Positions 41,501-52,793 of a stretch of 64,000 nucleotides of DNA are shown piece after piece (position 1 is the first letter of the stretch; every line of letters begins with the position of its first letter). Position numbers and translations under genes: made by a program. The stretch is from Schizochytrium sp. TIO01 (Eukaryota > Protista > Bigyra: Labyrinthulomycetes). The DNA lies in NCBI GenBank assembly GCA_004764695.1, contig SMSO01000037.1:224747-288746 (forward strand), read 5' to 3'. The notes under the pieces are model-generated. The model ran no database searches. It was given only the letters and a program-made list of their open reading frames with translations, and had not been told where the DNA came from.

Positions 41501-42589
41501 CAAAGTGGTCGCACGAATTCGTTGAACAGAAAAACTAAACGTTGGAAATTAAAGAAGATTGTTGTAAAGCTTCTTCTCTGCTATAGCTTTTCGTACATGT
41601 GACCTAGTAGAAACAACGTAACTACTTTCTCTTTCATAACCACATCAAAAATACGAAAGATGTTTTCTTTACTTTCTTCCTATCTCTTCACTTGCCTCTC
41701 CCCGCTCTAATTTGGTAACAAGTTTTCTCTTCCTTCTTCAGCTTCTTCCATCGCCCCCTTTTTCTTTTTTCTTCGTCTCTTCCCACCTATTCTTTTCACT
41801 ATCTACTCAGTTCTGCTCATACTTCCCCAAATAATTATTTTCTTAGAATTCACTCAAATGATTTAAGTTGTAATTTAATTTTAAAATAAATTAATAACTA
41901 AAATAGAAACTTTAATAGGGAAATAATTACAATATTTTCTTCCTTCAAGTTCATTGCATTTTGGCACTTTCTCCTGTGTCGAAAATAAATTCCCCTCAAA
42001 CACTCTTTATTTTACTTTACTTTACTTGCCTTCCTTTTTCCTTCTTCTTCTTTTTTCCTTTGATTTTTTTTTTGGTCTCTTCTCTTCTGTTCTTTGTCGT
42101 CTTTCCTTTTCATTTCAAATAACTGAAACTTTGCTCTGTTTCTAAGTGCTGCTTTTTGCAAAAAAGAAAAAAAGAAATGGAAATGGAATTCAACAAAAAC
42201 CATTCCACGTGCTTCCTCTTCCTTTCTCGAGACATTCAAACCTTAATGCTTTGGGCACCCGTATCAGCTCTAATGAACATGCATTTGCCAGTTGTAATAC
42301 CCAGTCCCCATTGGCTAAACGGTTGCTTTGGTCTTTTTTTTTTATTTGATTCTCTGTCTCTGTGTTTCCCTGTTTCTTTGGTTCATTGAATGGAAAGTTT
42401 CTTTTTCGGTTCGTTTAAATATAAAATAATTCTTTGCTCCGTGCCTTTTCTTCCTTTTTTAGTCTCTTCTTGTGGTCAAAACTTGTTTACTTGTAAATGG
42501 AACTTTTGGGGTGAATAAGTGAGTTGTTCTTTTTAGGTTTTTACATTTTCTCTTTCTTCTCTATTTCTTTCTTTGAAACAATTAGCAGC

Positions 42590-43371
42590 ACAGCCAGGAT
42601 CGACGCCGCTCGCCACCAACGCTACAGCGCTCACACGCGACTCAGGCCCTGCAAGAGCTAGCTAGGGAACTGACCCTGCCGCGTGCCCACCCCCGCCTAT
42701 GCCTCCAGGCCTGGCCTCTTCGTTGAGCGACGGAAGGGAACCACAAAACAGAAAAAGGACTCCGTCCGCATCAGTCGCTCACTCATTCATTCGCTCAATC
42801 AGCAAAAGACAAACAAACAAACAAACAAACTTATTCAAAGAAATAGACAAACTTTAAAACATACAAACAAACACTCAACAAGGACAGCAAAACAGGAACA
42901 ACGCAACAGCGGCAAAGCGATAACTCGAAGAGTCGCAGCACAAGCATCAAATCCGAATTGACAGAGCAGACCCCCCGGGAGGCCTGCCACCTGCCTGTCT
43001 GCCTGCCTGTCTGCCTAGCTTGGTGCTCACTCCCCTATTGACAAGAGTCGAGGCCATACCTACAGCTTGCTATTCTTAGTGGAAATCGTTGTTCTTTCTT
43101 TCACGCAGGTGCTAGTTTGTTTGTTGCATTGCTTTGCTTTGCTTTGCTTTGCTTGAGAGGTTTTGGTCTACACTTGTGGTTCCTAGGCCAGCGTTGAGCG
43201 ACTTGATCGCCTTGCAAAGGGCAAGCTGCGGAAGGGGAAGAACGTAGAAGGCTTGCGATTGTAAATTCCATCTTGCAAGAACAACTACAGAAAGGACAAA
43301 GCGTGCTTTGTTTTGCAGTAGCGATAAGAAGCTGAAGACTGTTTCCCTTCAAGCAACAGAGGTCTCAACAC
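42590..43371 (+). promoter_or_regulatory. Putative proximal promoter / 5' leader of the AP2 gene
   Basis: A GC-rich patch is followed by an A/C-rich strand-biased tract (42800-42960) immediately upstream of the CDS. Possible splice acceptors at 43108 (ttctttcacgcag) and 43318 (tttgttttgcag). Confidence 0.35.
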
Positions 43372-45336
43372 ATGCTTGCAAGCCCTCAGCCTGTACTTCA
43401 ACGAGAAATATTTTCCACGGGTATGGACACAAACTACAGAACACACAGCCAGGAACAACAACTGCACACATCATCTTCGTCTGCCCAAAGCCAGCAAGAA
43501 GATTGGCTTCTTGCGTACCGTAAGCAGATTGCAGCCAGCGCCAACAAACCTCGCGTGAACCAGGTTCAAGCACTCACCAAGAGTTACCTTAGGGAACTTG
43601 ATTCGAGCACAAACCTGAAATTACAATCCTCTATCGTACCAACCCAAGCCACACAACAGGAGCGTTTCAACAACAACAACAAGCTGTCGCCACCTCAGAA
43701 CTACGTGGGGTCGGGACCGGCACCAGCACAAGGGGGACTGCCGCTCCAACGTGCAAACCTTTTGCAGCAACAACAGCGACAGGAACCTCAAAACGCTGCA
43801 TCGTCTATGACCGCGGCCACCTTACAGGGCCTTCTTCCTATGAAGTCATCATCCGAATGGAACAATCTCTCACAGCAACAGCAGTGTTCGCAACAACCAA
43901 GCTATCTGCAAAACATCAATTCCGATAGAGCTGGCACCCCCGCTCAGAACTTTACCACTACGAGCAGCAGCAGCAGCATCATCAACAACAACAACAACTA
44001 TCCATATTTAGAGCACCAACAACGGCAACAACAACAGCAACACCAGATGCCACCCTCTTTGCACCAAGCGCACCAGCAACATTTGCAGCGTGAGAGTTCC
44101 TCAAACACAAGAACAATACCGAGCCTTGCCCACTTCTCTGCGCAAAACCCTGTGGATCTTCGAAGTACATCCTTTGACTCCAGTGCTGTGGAGACCCAAC
44201 GCGAAGCTAACGAGTATACGGGGGGTGCTTTTCCATATCAAGGCCCTCAACAAGCTCCTTTTCCTGGATACATGGACCAAAGTCAACAAGCTGCTCTTCT
44301 TCGCTATATGTTCCTAAACCCTTTCCTGCCTGCAAACTACTCGCCAAACCCGAACACTCCTGGCGCTGTGCTCAACCAATCCGCTGGACCCTCCATCAAC
44401 CTCAACGCATCTTCTCAGCACCAACAGCTACAACAAAGACCTAGCACCGGAAACCTGAACTCCATAAACGCTACTCCCAATGTCAAGTCCTTTGCTGGCA
44501 TGCGCTCAAACTCTACGTCCTCCTTGGACTCTGGAAAGCCAACCCCTGAATCCTCTTCTGCCCGCCTTTTCGCTTCAGTAAACCCTTTCTCGCAGGGAAT
44601 GAAAGATGCCGCTGTGCAAGACTCGCCAGAACAATTTCAACAGCAGTTTCAACTTCATCAGCTGCAACAGCTCCGACAGCTCCAGCAATTCGAACTTCTT
44701 CGGCGTCAGAACTTGTCGCTCTACGGATCTGGTTTACCTGAAAACTCGTCATTCTCCTCAATGTTTTCTGATTCGATGAGCAACAGCGCCCCACCTGGAA
44801 ATCGTGTTGGAGGTCCAAATCTCAACTCCAACTCCCCTTCCCCAATGCCACCTCTAGCTTTCAATCACCTCGCTGGAATGGCTTCCCGCCTTCCTCTGGC
44901 GCAGCAACACAGGCTGGATGCTACAGGGAACCCTGCATCCTCTTCTTCGCCACAAAAGCGCTCTCGGAATGAAGATCCCGAAAGGCCAATGGCTGTCAGA
45001 AAGCGCAAGAAGTCCACTTCTTGTACCTCAAAGTATCGCGGTGTCACTTGGCATAAACGTGATAGGCGATGGATCGCCAGAGCCTGGGTTGATGGAAAGA
45101 TTAGAAACCTCGGGTCGTTCGCTACAGAAAAGGAGGCTGCTCTCGTCGTAGAACGAAAGTACATCGACACGTATGGAAACTCTGCAGCAGTGCTCAAAGA
45201 GTCCGACCTCGTGGAGACCGAGGACAGCAACAATGACAACGAACCTGGTAGCTCGCCATCTAACCAGCAGCAGCAATCTGCAAAGGCTGATAAGAAGACA
45301 AAGTCTACGTCTTTTCCTTCGTCAAAAGCAAATTAG
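43372..45336 (+). CDS. AP2/ERF-domain transcription factor with long Q/N/S-rich low-complexity N-terminal region
   Basis: 654-aa ORF. The C-terminal segment SKYRGVTWHKRDRRWIARAWVDGKIRNLGSFATEKEAA (about 45028-45177) matches the AP2 domain pattern and is preceded by a basic NLS-like RKRKK. There are poly-Q/N tracts upstream. Alternative start at ATG 43423. Confidence 0.88.
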   Translation: MLASPQPVLQREIFSTGMDTNYRTHSQEQQLHTSSSSAQSQQEDWLLAYRKQIAASANKPRVNQVQALTKSYLRELDSSTNLKLQSSIVPTQATQQERFNNNNKLSPPQNYVGSGPAPAQGGLPLQRANLLQQQQRQEPQNAASSMTAATLQGLLPMKSSSEWNNLSQQQQCSQQPSYLQNINSDRAGTPAQNFTTTSSSSSIINNNNNYPYLEHQQRQQQQQHQMPPSLHQAHQQHLQRESSSNTRTIPSLAHFSAQNPVDLRSTSFDSSAVETQREANEYTGGAFPYQGPQQAPFPGYMDQSQQAALLRYMFLNPFLPANYSPNPNTPGAVLNQSAGPSINLNASSQHQQLQQRPSTGNLNSINATPNVKSFAGMRSNSTSSLDSGKPTPESSSARLFASVNPFSQGMKDAAVQDSPEQFQQQFQLHQLQQLRQLQQFELLRRQNLSLYGSGLPENSSFSSMFSDSMSNSAPPGNRVGGPNLNSNSPSPMPPLAFNHLAGMASRLPLAQQHRLDATGNPASSSSPQKRSRNEDPERPMAVRKRKKSTSCTSKYRGVTWHKRDRRWIARAWVDGKIRNLGSFATEKEAALVVERKYIDTYGNSAAVLKESDLVETEDSNNDNEPGSSPSNQQQQSAKADKKTKSTSFPSSKAN

Positions 45337-46716
45337 ACATTTGAATCCCAGCACTAGTTACATTATTTCATGCATGCTCGCTATATGCTTGAAGGTGTGA
45401 TGTACAGCTTTCTTATTATGCATTGCCCAAGACCCTTTTTCACTTATCTTCAGGATTAACCAACATTAAATCCAAAGAAGAAAACGAAATGCACACAATC
45501 GTCATCATCTTGTACGCGCCCTTTATATTTTGACCAAAGCAACGAAATCGCCTACTTGAATACCAATGCCCTGTTCGTGCAAGAACAAATAACCATTGTC
45601 TACTCAACACACACAACCCTCTGTTATAATAACCAATTGATAACAACTAGCAAAAACAAAACCAAGGTGACAAATACCACCTGGCGCCAGTATCTGTGAG
45701 AATTAGTCACAGCTACTCCTACTCTTTATACATTCGTAGTGTATATGTATACCATTGCGTAACAACTATAGCACTTTGCCAACATTTTTTAACTTCTTCA
45801 AAATGCAATCTTTTGCATCTTACTTCTTTTTGTCTTCTTTCTTCCCCAGCAGGCATATTTTTGCTTGCTTAGCCTACTACTTTTCAAAGACTAGTCCATG
45901 AATAAAATCCTTATCTTTTGGCTCCATTTCAATAGGCAACTCATTTTTAATTTGTCCAAAAAGCTTTTCTTTCTGCAACATCATCCTTTTTGCACATGAA
46001 GATATATGCTAGAAATTTTCTTAATCCTTGAGCAATTTTCGCACATTCGCACATCAAATCAGAATTTAGACTTTAAATTATTTACATACATGTTTTTTTG
46101 CTTTTTTAAACATATAATCCCGCCCTGTGATATGAAATGATAATCTGTCTCTGGAAAATGTGTTTACTTACCATGAACATTAGCTTTAAATGAAAGAAAG
46201 GCTACTACTATTCATTAGAGTCGCAACTTTCTGCCGCAAGCTTCGCTGGCTAACGTTCAAACAGTTTTACCCACTTCCTTACAATAAACCAAACATTATT
46301 ACGTTACATCGTATATCAGCCATGGCTGACTTCAACTGTTCGATTTGCTTCGGCTGAGCCACTCAGCAACTGAAATTCAGAACCTGAAAATGTCCATCCT
46401 CAACTTAAAAAGGCTACTTTACTAATACACTGGACAATTTCAGCCGTCTCGCTATCTGGGCCCCTGTAATGATATTATTAATAACGATGAAAAATCATAC
46501 TCTCTGCCCAGACTTGCTACCTTAAAATGCACTCCCCAATCACGCACTCTCTTTCATACTTGGTCAAAAAGTGGCGCGAGCAGGAAGCAAAATGCTGGTC
46601 CTGCACATCAATCCTGGTTACACGGAACGAGACTCTCGGCCTTTAGGTAGTTCAAGGTGGGTAAATTGAACGCTTCACAGTTATGCTGAAAGACTTATTA
46701 GGGCCTGCACAATGCT

Positions 46717-48429
46717 TCACGAACTCTTCGCACGATTTGCACTGCGTTCCGCTCGTGACCGGAACTTTATTATACTCGGTGGTTGTGCCTCAGCTTCGTT
46801 ACTTACACCTCCCCGAGTGCTTTGCGATAGGCATGCCATAGATGGTGATAACTCCGCAAACCTGTCTTCATTTTGAACAGGTTCGTCAAAAACTGCCCGC
46901 ATCTGATCTGCAGACCAGTTCGAATGTGGTTTATCCCCATCGTAGTCTTCCTGCTTCGTGAGGAATGCGGAACTCGAAGAGCTAGACTGATTTTCTCCAT
47001 CGCGACTCGCTCGTTGAGAATTACGAGGTGCTGTTTTAGCGGCCTGGACCCCAAGGCGCTTTGCCAACAGAGATACTGGTAACCACTCCTCAAAGCTTCG
47101 CCTGACGTGAACTTCGTCGCCATGCTTATTGGAAAATGATGATGACGAGGAAGCTGATCCTATTTGTGCTGCAGACGAAGCCTCTCCAGCGCCAGCCTTC
47201 ACAAATCGAGAAGAAAGTGAAGGCAAGTTTGACCCAAACTGTACTCGATGCGCCCGAGGCAGATCTGTAGAGGAGCCTGGAGCCATGGAGGTATCTGGCA
47301 AAGGATACGCCTTTGCTACAAAATCTGGGCCCGAGGCATCACGAAAGCCTGTCAGCGGATCCCCAGAGGCGCGCTGATGCGCTTTCGCGGTTTGCTCCCG
47401 GAGACGTGCTTCAAGAGCATCCAAAGACTGTTTCCCGTTTGATGATCTTGGGGCAACAGGATCTTCACCAACGTCGATCTCGCGATCGTATTCATCCACA
47501 TCGTCAATGTCTGCTTCGTCAAATATACCCATACCAATGCCCTCATTCTGCACACAGCGGCGTTTTGAGGCTCCCATACCCGTTGTCGAAGAGCCGATGA
47601 TCAATTGAGTCCCAAAGTTTGTCTTTGATCCTAACCCTGCGTAGCCTTCATCCCGAAATTTAGTCTTCTCACGTGAAGTCAGATCAGGGGGGGCAAACGA
47701 CCTTCCCACCGCATGCATGTCAATCTCTACAGAACCGTCAGCAAGTAATCTCTGGCCTCCATCATTGACTTTCACTCGAGGTCCGAGTCCTTGACCTGGT
47801 CTCCACCCTAATTTCTGCATAATCTTGGAGCCAACAGTTGCTTTTGTTGGTGCCAGAGACCCCAAGATTTCGCGAGCAAAATGCTCTCCATCTCCGCGGC
47901 TCCCTACGCTCATCAGCTCACGGTTTCTCTTGGACCCCAATTTTCCGCGCGAATCAGTCAAAAATCCGTGGTTTCCCATTTCACGATTTACATATGCCTC
48001 AGAAGCTTTGACCGCAAGCATCGGGTCGTCCTCTTCGTCCATGAAGTCCTCAGGACGTTGTTGGCGGTATTTTCTGCGACTACTTTGCTGCAGACCTCCC
48101 CCATAGGACTTGGAGACCTCGTTGCGATGAGTGACAACTTTCTTCGAACCGTGCCAGCCTTCCGCAGACCCTACAGAGTTGAAATAGCCCGCGGAAAACC
48201 CGCCTGTGAAGGCGCCATGGAGGCGTCTGCGCCCATGCTCGTCATAGACCTCGCCAACACGTGGCGCTCGAGACGAAACCGAAGACACATCAAGCAGGCG
48301 CCGACGCTCGTGCTCTGATACTAAAGCACCGCCAAGAAGAGGTCGCGACATAGGTAGCGGAAACCGAGATCTTGCGTTTGTCAGAAACTTTTTGTTCAGG
48401 TTTGAGTAATCTCTTCCACATGTCCACAT
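46717..48429 (-). CDS. GPATCH1: G-patch domain-containing protein 1 / TOUGH-like RNA-processing factor
   Basis: Has the DUF1604 signature DEHGRRRLHGAFTGGFSAGYFNSVGSAEGW, QRPEDFMDEED, the G-patch SKIMQKLGWRPGQGLGP and the C-terminal EW.P..LLAKRLG motif. The real start may be the second ATG (48351, MSRPLLGG). Confidence 0.88.
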   Translation of the reverse strand: MWTCGRDYSNLNKKFLTNARSRFPLPMSRPLLGGALVSEHERRRLLDVSSVSSRAPRVGEVYDEHGRRRLHGAFTGGFSAGYFNSVGSAEGWHGSKKVVTHRNEVSKSYGGGLQQSSRRKYRQQRPEDFMDEEDDPMLAVKASEAYVNREMGNHGFLTDSRGKLGSKRNRELMSVGSRGDGEHFAREILGSLAPTKATVGSKIMQKLGWRPGQGLGPRVKVNDGGQRLLADGSVEIDMHAVGRSFAPPDLTSREKTKFRDEGYAGLGSKTNFGTQLIIGSSTTGMGASKRRCVQNEGIGMGIFDEADIDDVDEYDREIDVGEDPVAPRSSNGKQSLDALEARLREQTAKAHQRASGDPLTGFRDASGPDFVAKAYPLPDTSMAPGSSTDLPRAHRVQFGSNLPSLSSRFVKAGAGEASSAAQIGSASSSSSFSNKHGDEVHVRRSFEEWLPVSLLAKRLGVQAAKTAPRNSQRASRDGENQSSSSSSAFLTKQEDYDGDKPHSNWSADQMRAVFDEPVQNEDRFAELSPSMACLSQSTRGGVSNEAEAQPPSIIKFRSRAERSANRAKSS

Positions 48430-48980
48430 GTTGTCTTTTTATATGAGGGTGCAACATTCCGATTGTATTTAGTTCGCAATAGTGCCGTGCCTCAGGATAT
48501 TTGCATGAGCCTTCTTCATGTGAAAAGTTCGTGAGGGATGTGGTATGTTAAGTTACTGAGAGTTGCCGATTGCCTATATGCGATGTAGTTATAAGAAACA
48601 AAACGAAAAGAACACACCTCAATTTGCTCAACACGTCAAGAAAACCCAGATCTGTTGAGATCTTTTCTCTGACAACGAAGACAATGTTTGCAGCACACAC
48701 ATGAATTTGTAGTGTTGCAAATCATCGCTTCTTTTTCCCATATTTGACGTCAAACTTCAACAACATTTACATACAGAATGGCTGGCAAATCTAACTCTAC
48801 GATGCGTGAAGTATGGCCGATTGAGGAGGATGCTTTCGAAAAGTTGCAGTAGGATGTAACATCTACTTAAGAATCTTTTTGGTAACTCGTTCCTGTTCTA
48901 ATAGGTTGATATCTAGGCAGTGTTATTCAATAGAACTCGCCAGCAAATCCTGAACTTGAACGAGACACAGAACTCCAAGG
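48430..48980. promoter_or_regulatory. Probable bidirectional promoter between GPATCH1 and the F-box gene
   Basis: About 550-bp head-to-head spacer; positional inference only. Confidence 0.4.
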
Positions 48981-50561
48981 ATGCTTGACAGACTCCCGGA
49001 GCCCGTTTTGCTTCTAGTGCTGCAAAGCCTCGCCAGTCGCCACAGCGACGAATCGTGGCGCGATGAGGGAGTCCTCAACTACGCCCCTGTGCCTTCGACC
49101 CGCTCGAGATCGAGCAGTGAGGGTGCCGAAGCTACCGCATCCTCTCTTCCTTTGGCCGCAAACTCAGGGTTAGAGCCTCCAACATTAGAGGCGCCACGGG
49201 CCTATAAAAATATAAACCTAGAACTGTCTGGGAAAGACCTTGTGCGTGTTTCACTCACATGTAAAGCGGTTTATAATCTTGTATTTGCTAATGAAGATGA
49301 CCTGTTTCGTAGGGCGTACGAAGTCGACTTTTTGTATAGAAATGCTGGGTATCGACGTTGGAAAGAACGACTTTGGGACCAGCATGGTCCAGAAAGACCT
49401 GTGCAGAATATCCTTGAAGCACCGATTGTATTCTGTGCTTGGGAGGGTGCGCCAATACCGAGAACACTTGGATCCCCAAAGCAAAGCTATATCGTGCAAG
49501 CCCTGAGAGGAAGCGTCTTCGAGACACTTAACGAGGTGCGCTTAGAAGGCGACATGGACCGAGGCGCGATTCAAAAATACCAAGCCAAGTTCAAGCGCAA
49601 GCTTCTCACACGCCTTGATGAAATGGCCTACGAGTTTCGCGGAATAAATGAATTGCTCGCATGTGCAGTGCAGGTCGATCGTGATTTTTGGAATAAGCCA
49701 CCAGCTCTTTTTCGTATCAAATTCGTTTACACACTCGGTCGTGCCGTTTACTATATTCGTAGGCTCATGCAGGAGCTTGTACATAAACCTTCGGAAGAAG
49801 AAAATAGACAATTTCTTCTCCATGGTCTATTCATTATTGAGGCTGTGCTATCTGACAAACGATCCAAAGAGTTCTCTCCATACACATTGTTCCCTTGGTT
49901 ACAATCTCTTCTACCTGACGATTTAAGTAGCAATCAAGCACGTAGTCCTGCTCTTGTTGCTCTTATAATGGATCGATTGCGTGAGGCGCGTGATGCAAAA
50001 CGACATGGCTATGAACCTGATGCAGATTGGACCCACGAAGGGGTTTCGTTCCCGTCAACATTTATGGAAAAGGGAATTGGCCTACCTTTGATTCAAAATG
50101 CATGCCTCATGTACATGCTTCGTACTGCCGGCTTCCGCTGTAAAATGACAAACTCCCCCATGTGCGTTTATATTCGCATTGAAACAGACGAAGGTCCACT
50201 TTTTGCAGAAGCTAGAGGAAATACACTGTGGAGGCGTGCCGAGATGGAAATGAGAATGACCCAAGCAGATCATTTCCCGAGTGCAGCCTTCCCTGGTAGG
50301 CTACGTACGTTGGATGGGGGGCATGACTATGAAATGTTACTGAGGACAGGGCGTAATCTCTTTCGCATAATCTCCGAGTCCTCGCAGGGGTTGAATCGAT
50401 CTTTGCAGGCTACTCTTGTTTTGAAAATGCTTACAGTGATTGCTGATTGCATCCAACTCTTCCATCTTGGTCCTGCTGAGGTTGGTTATGAGAGTGTCAA
50501 CGTAGAAGAGATTATATGTGCTGTTTTCATTCAAGGAACAAGCCGCATTTTTATGCCCTAA
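48981..50561 (+). CDS. F-box protein with transglutaminase-like SirB1 (Transglut_core2) domain, FBXO21-like
   Basis: F-box halves LDRLPEPVLLLVLQSL and DLVRVSLTCKAVYNLV...LFRRAY. The C-terminal FMEKGIGLPLI...LRTAGF...NSPMCVYIRI...MLLRTGRNL resembles the SirB1/FBXO21 pattern G.P..L...P.H...R...NL. Confidence 0.7.
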   Translation: MLDRLPEPVLLLVLQSLASRHSDESWRDEGVLNYAPVPSTRSRSSSEGAEATASSLPLAANSGLEPPTLEAPRAYKNINLELSGKDLVRVSLTCKAVYNLVFANEDDLFRRAYEVDFLYRNAGYRRWKERLWDQHGPERPVQNILEAPIVFCAWEGAPIPRTLGSPKQSYIVQALRGSVFETLNEVRLEGDMDRGAIQKYQAKFKRKLLTRLDEMAYEFRGINELLACAVQVDRDFWNKPPALFRIKFVYTLGRAVYYIRRLMQELVHKPSEEENRQFLLHGLFIIEAVLSDKRSKEFSPYTLFPWLQSLLPDDLSSNQARSPALVALIMDRLREARDAKRHGYEPDADWTHEGVSFPSTFMEKGIGLPLIQNACLMYMLRTAGFRCKMTNSPMCVYIRIETDEGPLFAEARGNTLWRRAEMEMRMTQADHFPSAAFPGRLRTLDGGHDYEMLLRTGRNLFRIISESSQGLNRSLQATLVLKMLTVIADCIQLFHLGPAEVGYESVNVEEIICAVFIQGTSRIFMP

Positions 50562-50816
50562 AAAAATCAAATGAACAAATAGAAATTAAGATTGTATAAA
50601 GTGTTTTGTTGTAAGTCTGTACGTCGCTACATGCAGCAAAATGAGTTGGAGTGACCTCTTGGACATTCGCGAGAGTTGAACAATAGAAGTATTTGCGCTA
50701 TAAAACCTCCAATTGTGACTTTTCCTCGTTTCCAGTCTTTCTATCTTATCTTATACCGTTTTTTCAATAACAATTTCTTGTGCCGAGTTCTTACACCTTC
50801 AACAATTTGCAGTTCC

Positions 50817-52793
50817 CTAGCCCCAATTTGTGGTTAAATTCTTTTGTGCTAAAGAATTAGACGCCATAGATTTTAACAAAGAATGAGCGTAAGATGAATT
50901 TTGCAAACCTTGGGCGCGAAGAGCCTCAACAACTCTGAAACGAACGTCGCCACAAACTTGTGCATCAGTAAAACCTGGGTTCTGAAATAACCCTTCACGA
51001 GCATAATTATGATACGCCGCATCTGGCACAACTGCTGAAGAGAATGTATGCTGCTCAAGACGATCACGAGAGGGTACGATTTCTTGTAGTTTGCCATAGT
51101 ATGGCACTGTCTTTTTCAACTGTGCTAGTTTTTGCTCACTGACAACTGCTTCGATCCGTGCACGTTCAATTTCAACTTGTTGCTCCTGCAATCGGAGTAA
51201 ACGCTGTTCTTCACGATAGTTTACTCTCTTCTTGTTCTCTGGTGCGCGCGCACGTTGCATCTCGAGAAGTCTTTCGTCGTACTGCGCATCGTGAAGTGCT
51301 TGCATGGCAGCATCAAAAGCTCGCTGTTTCTGTAATTCAGCAACAAGCCGATGCTTCCGTTCACGTTCAAGCTCAAAGAGTGCAAGACGTTGTTCTTCTT
51401 CCTCGCGCGCAATTTCATCACGCACGCGTTTTGCTTCCGCCTCCTCTGCAGCGCGTATAGCAGCCTCATGTCGCTGTATATCTAAGCGCGCTTGAATCTC
51501 TGCTCGACGAATTTCAATTTCTTCTTTTTCACCTTGGCGTGTAAGTGCCGCCTGATATGTTGCAATTTGGTCATTAATCTTCTTTTCTGTTTCCTCATAA
51601 ATTATAGCTATAGAACGCGCAAAGGTTCTCGCAATATTCTTCCGCTGCTCAGTAAGTTGCCGTCGCTCTTCCATCCACACCAGTTCTTGATCAATACGAT
51701 CGTGGCTAGCTTCAGGAACTTGAAGCTGCGCTCGCTCTGTAAACAGCCCAAGACCTCGGCCACGCAAAACTGTCTCGCGATATACCTTTGCCAGCGCTTC
51801 GCGAATGTAAGTTTCATCTTTTGTAACAGTAGCCTCTCCTTCTCCTGATTCATGTACTTTTTTGTGCGATTGGATTCGCTCCTGTAGAGCGGCTGTTTCT
51901 TTGGCGTGTTTGCTTACCACAGCTTCAATCTTTTCGTTGGCGTTCCCTACTAAAGTAGATACCGAAGGAACATTCTCATAGCCAGCAACCAAATGCCCAA
52001 TTTTATATTGTACGGATTGCGCATGTGAAAGGCCTTCGTTGGATGCTGAATCGTCTTCTCCAGGACACGTTTCTTCTTTTCGAGATTCTCTCATGGCCCT
52101 TGCAACCGCACTCTTGGACTGTACGGTCTCTTGAATTGTAGCCTGAGCAGCTGCAAACAGCTCATTATCAACTGCAGCAAGATTTTCACGTATAATACGC
52201 AGTACCTGCGCTATTTCATGTAGTTGTGATGTGTTGTGCTGCTGGTCAAGCTCATTCTTTACGACCGAGTTCATTCCTAAGACTTGCCCCATAAGATCCT
52301 GTTGAAACCGCTGTAGTGATTCACTCTGTGCAGCAAGTTCCTTTTCGATATGTTGCCATTCCTCGCGCTCTTTGGAGTTCCAAAAGTCCATTACTAGAGC
52401 TGAGCTTGGCGGTTGGTTTTTTCGTTTGTCAATACTCCTTCGTCGTTCATGAAGTGGCTGACGGCGCAATCTTGATTGGCTCAACCCTAACTTCAAGTCA
52501 TGTTGTGATTGATTCGATGATGATATTGATTCGTGTTGTAAGGATTTTTGATGTACAGAAGCATCCCTTTGATCCTCTGGAGCACTGGCAAACTTTTGAA
52601 TCGATCCTAAAATATCAGTCTCTAGGCTTCGTGCGGCCTTTTCCAAAGCTACCGATTCCGTCTGCCAGTCATATTTATGCTTGCTGAGCTTTCCCCTACG
52701 TTTGTGCAAGCTTGTCTTTTGTGAAAGACTCTCCAACACTGCATTGCCTCGTTCTGCCCGAGCTAAGGCTTCCTCCATTTGTGCCGCATTCAT
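50817..52793 (-). CDS. CCDC148: Coiled-coil domain-containing protein 148-like
   Basis: Long E/R/Q-rich coiled coil. N-terminal LSKHKYDWQTE and C-terminal GFTDAQVCGDVRFRVVEALRAQGLQNSSYA resemble conserved CCDC148 blocks as I recall them. First in-frame ATG is at 52793; the frame is open to 52820. Confidence 0.75.
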   Translation of the reverse strand: MNAAQMEEALARAERGNAVLESLSQKTSLHKRRGKLSKHKYDWQTESVALEKAARSLETDILGSIQKFASAPEDQRDASVHQKSLQHESISSSNQSQHDLKLGLSQSRLRRQPLHERRRSIDKRKNQPPSSALVMDFWNSKEREEWQHIEKELAAQSESLQRFQQDLMGQVLGMNSVVKNELDQQHNTSQLHEIAQVLRIIRENLAAVDNELFAAAQATIQETVQSKSAVARAMRESRKEETCPGEDDSASNEGLSHAQSVQYKIGHLVAGYENVPSVSTLVGNANEKIEAVVSKHAKETAALQERIQSHKKVHESGEGEATVTKDETYIREALAKVYRETVLRGRGLGLFTERAQLQVPEASHDRIDQELVWMEERRQLTEQRKNIARTFARSIAIIYEETEKKINDQIATYQAALTRQGEKEEIEIRRAEIQARLDIQRHEAAIRAAEEAEAKRVRDEIAREEEEQRLALFELERERKHRLVAELQKQRAFDAAMQALHDAQYDERLLEMQRARAPENKKRVNYREEQRLLRLQEQQVEIERARIEAVVSEQKLAQLKKTVPYYGKLQEIVPSRDRLEQHTFSSAVVPDAAYHNYAREGLFQNPGFTDAQVCGDVRFRVVEALRAQGLQNSSYAHSLLKSMASNSLAQKNLTTNWG

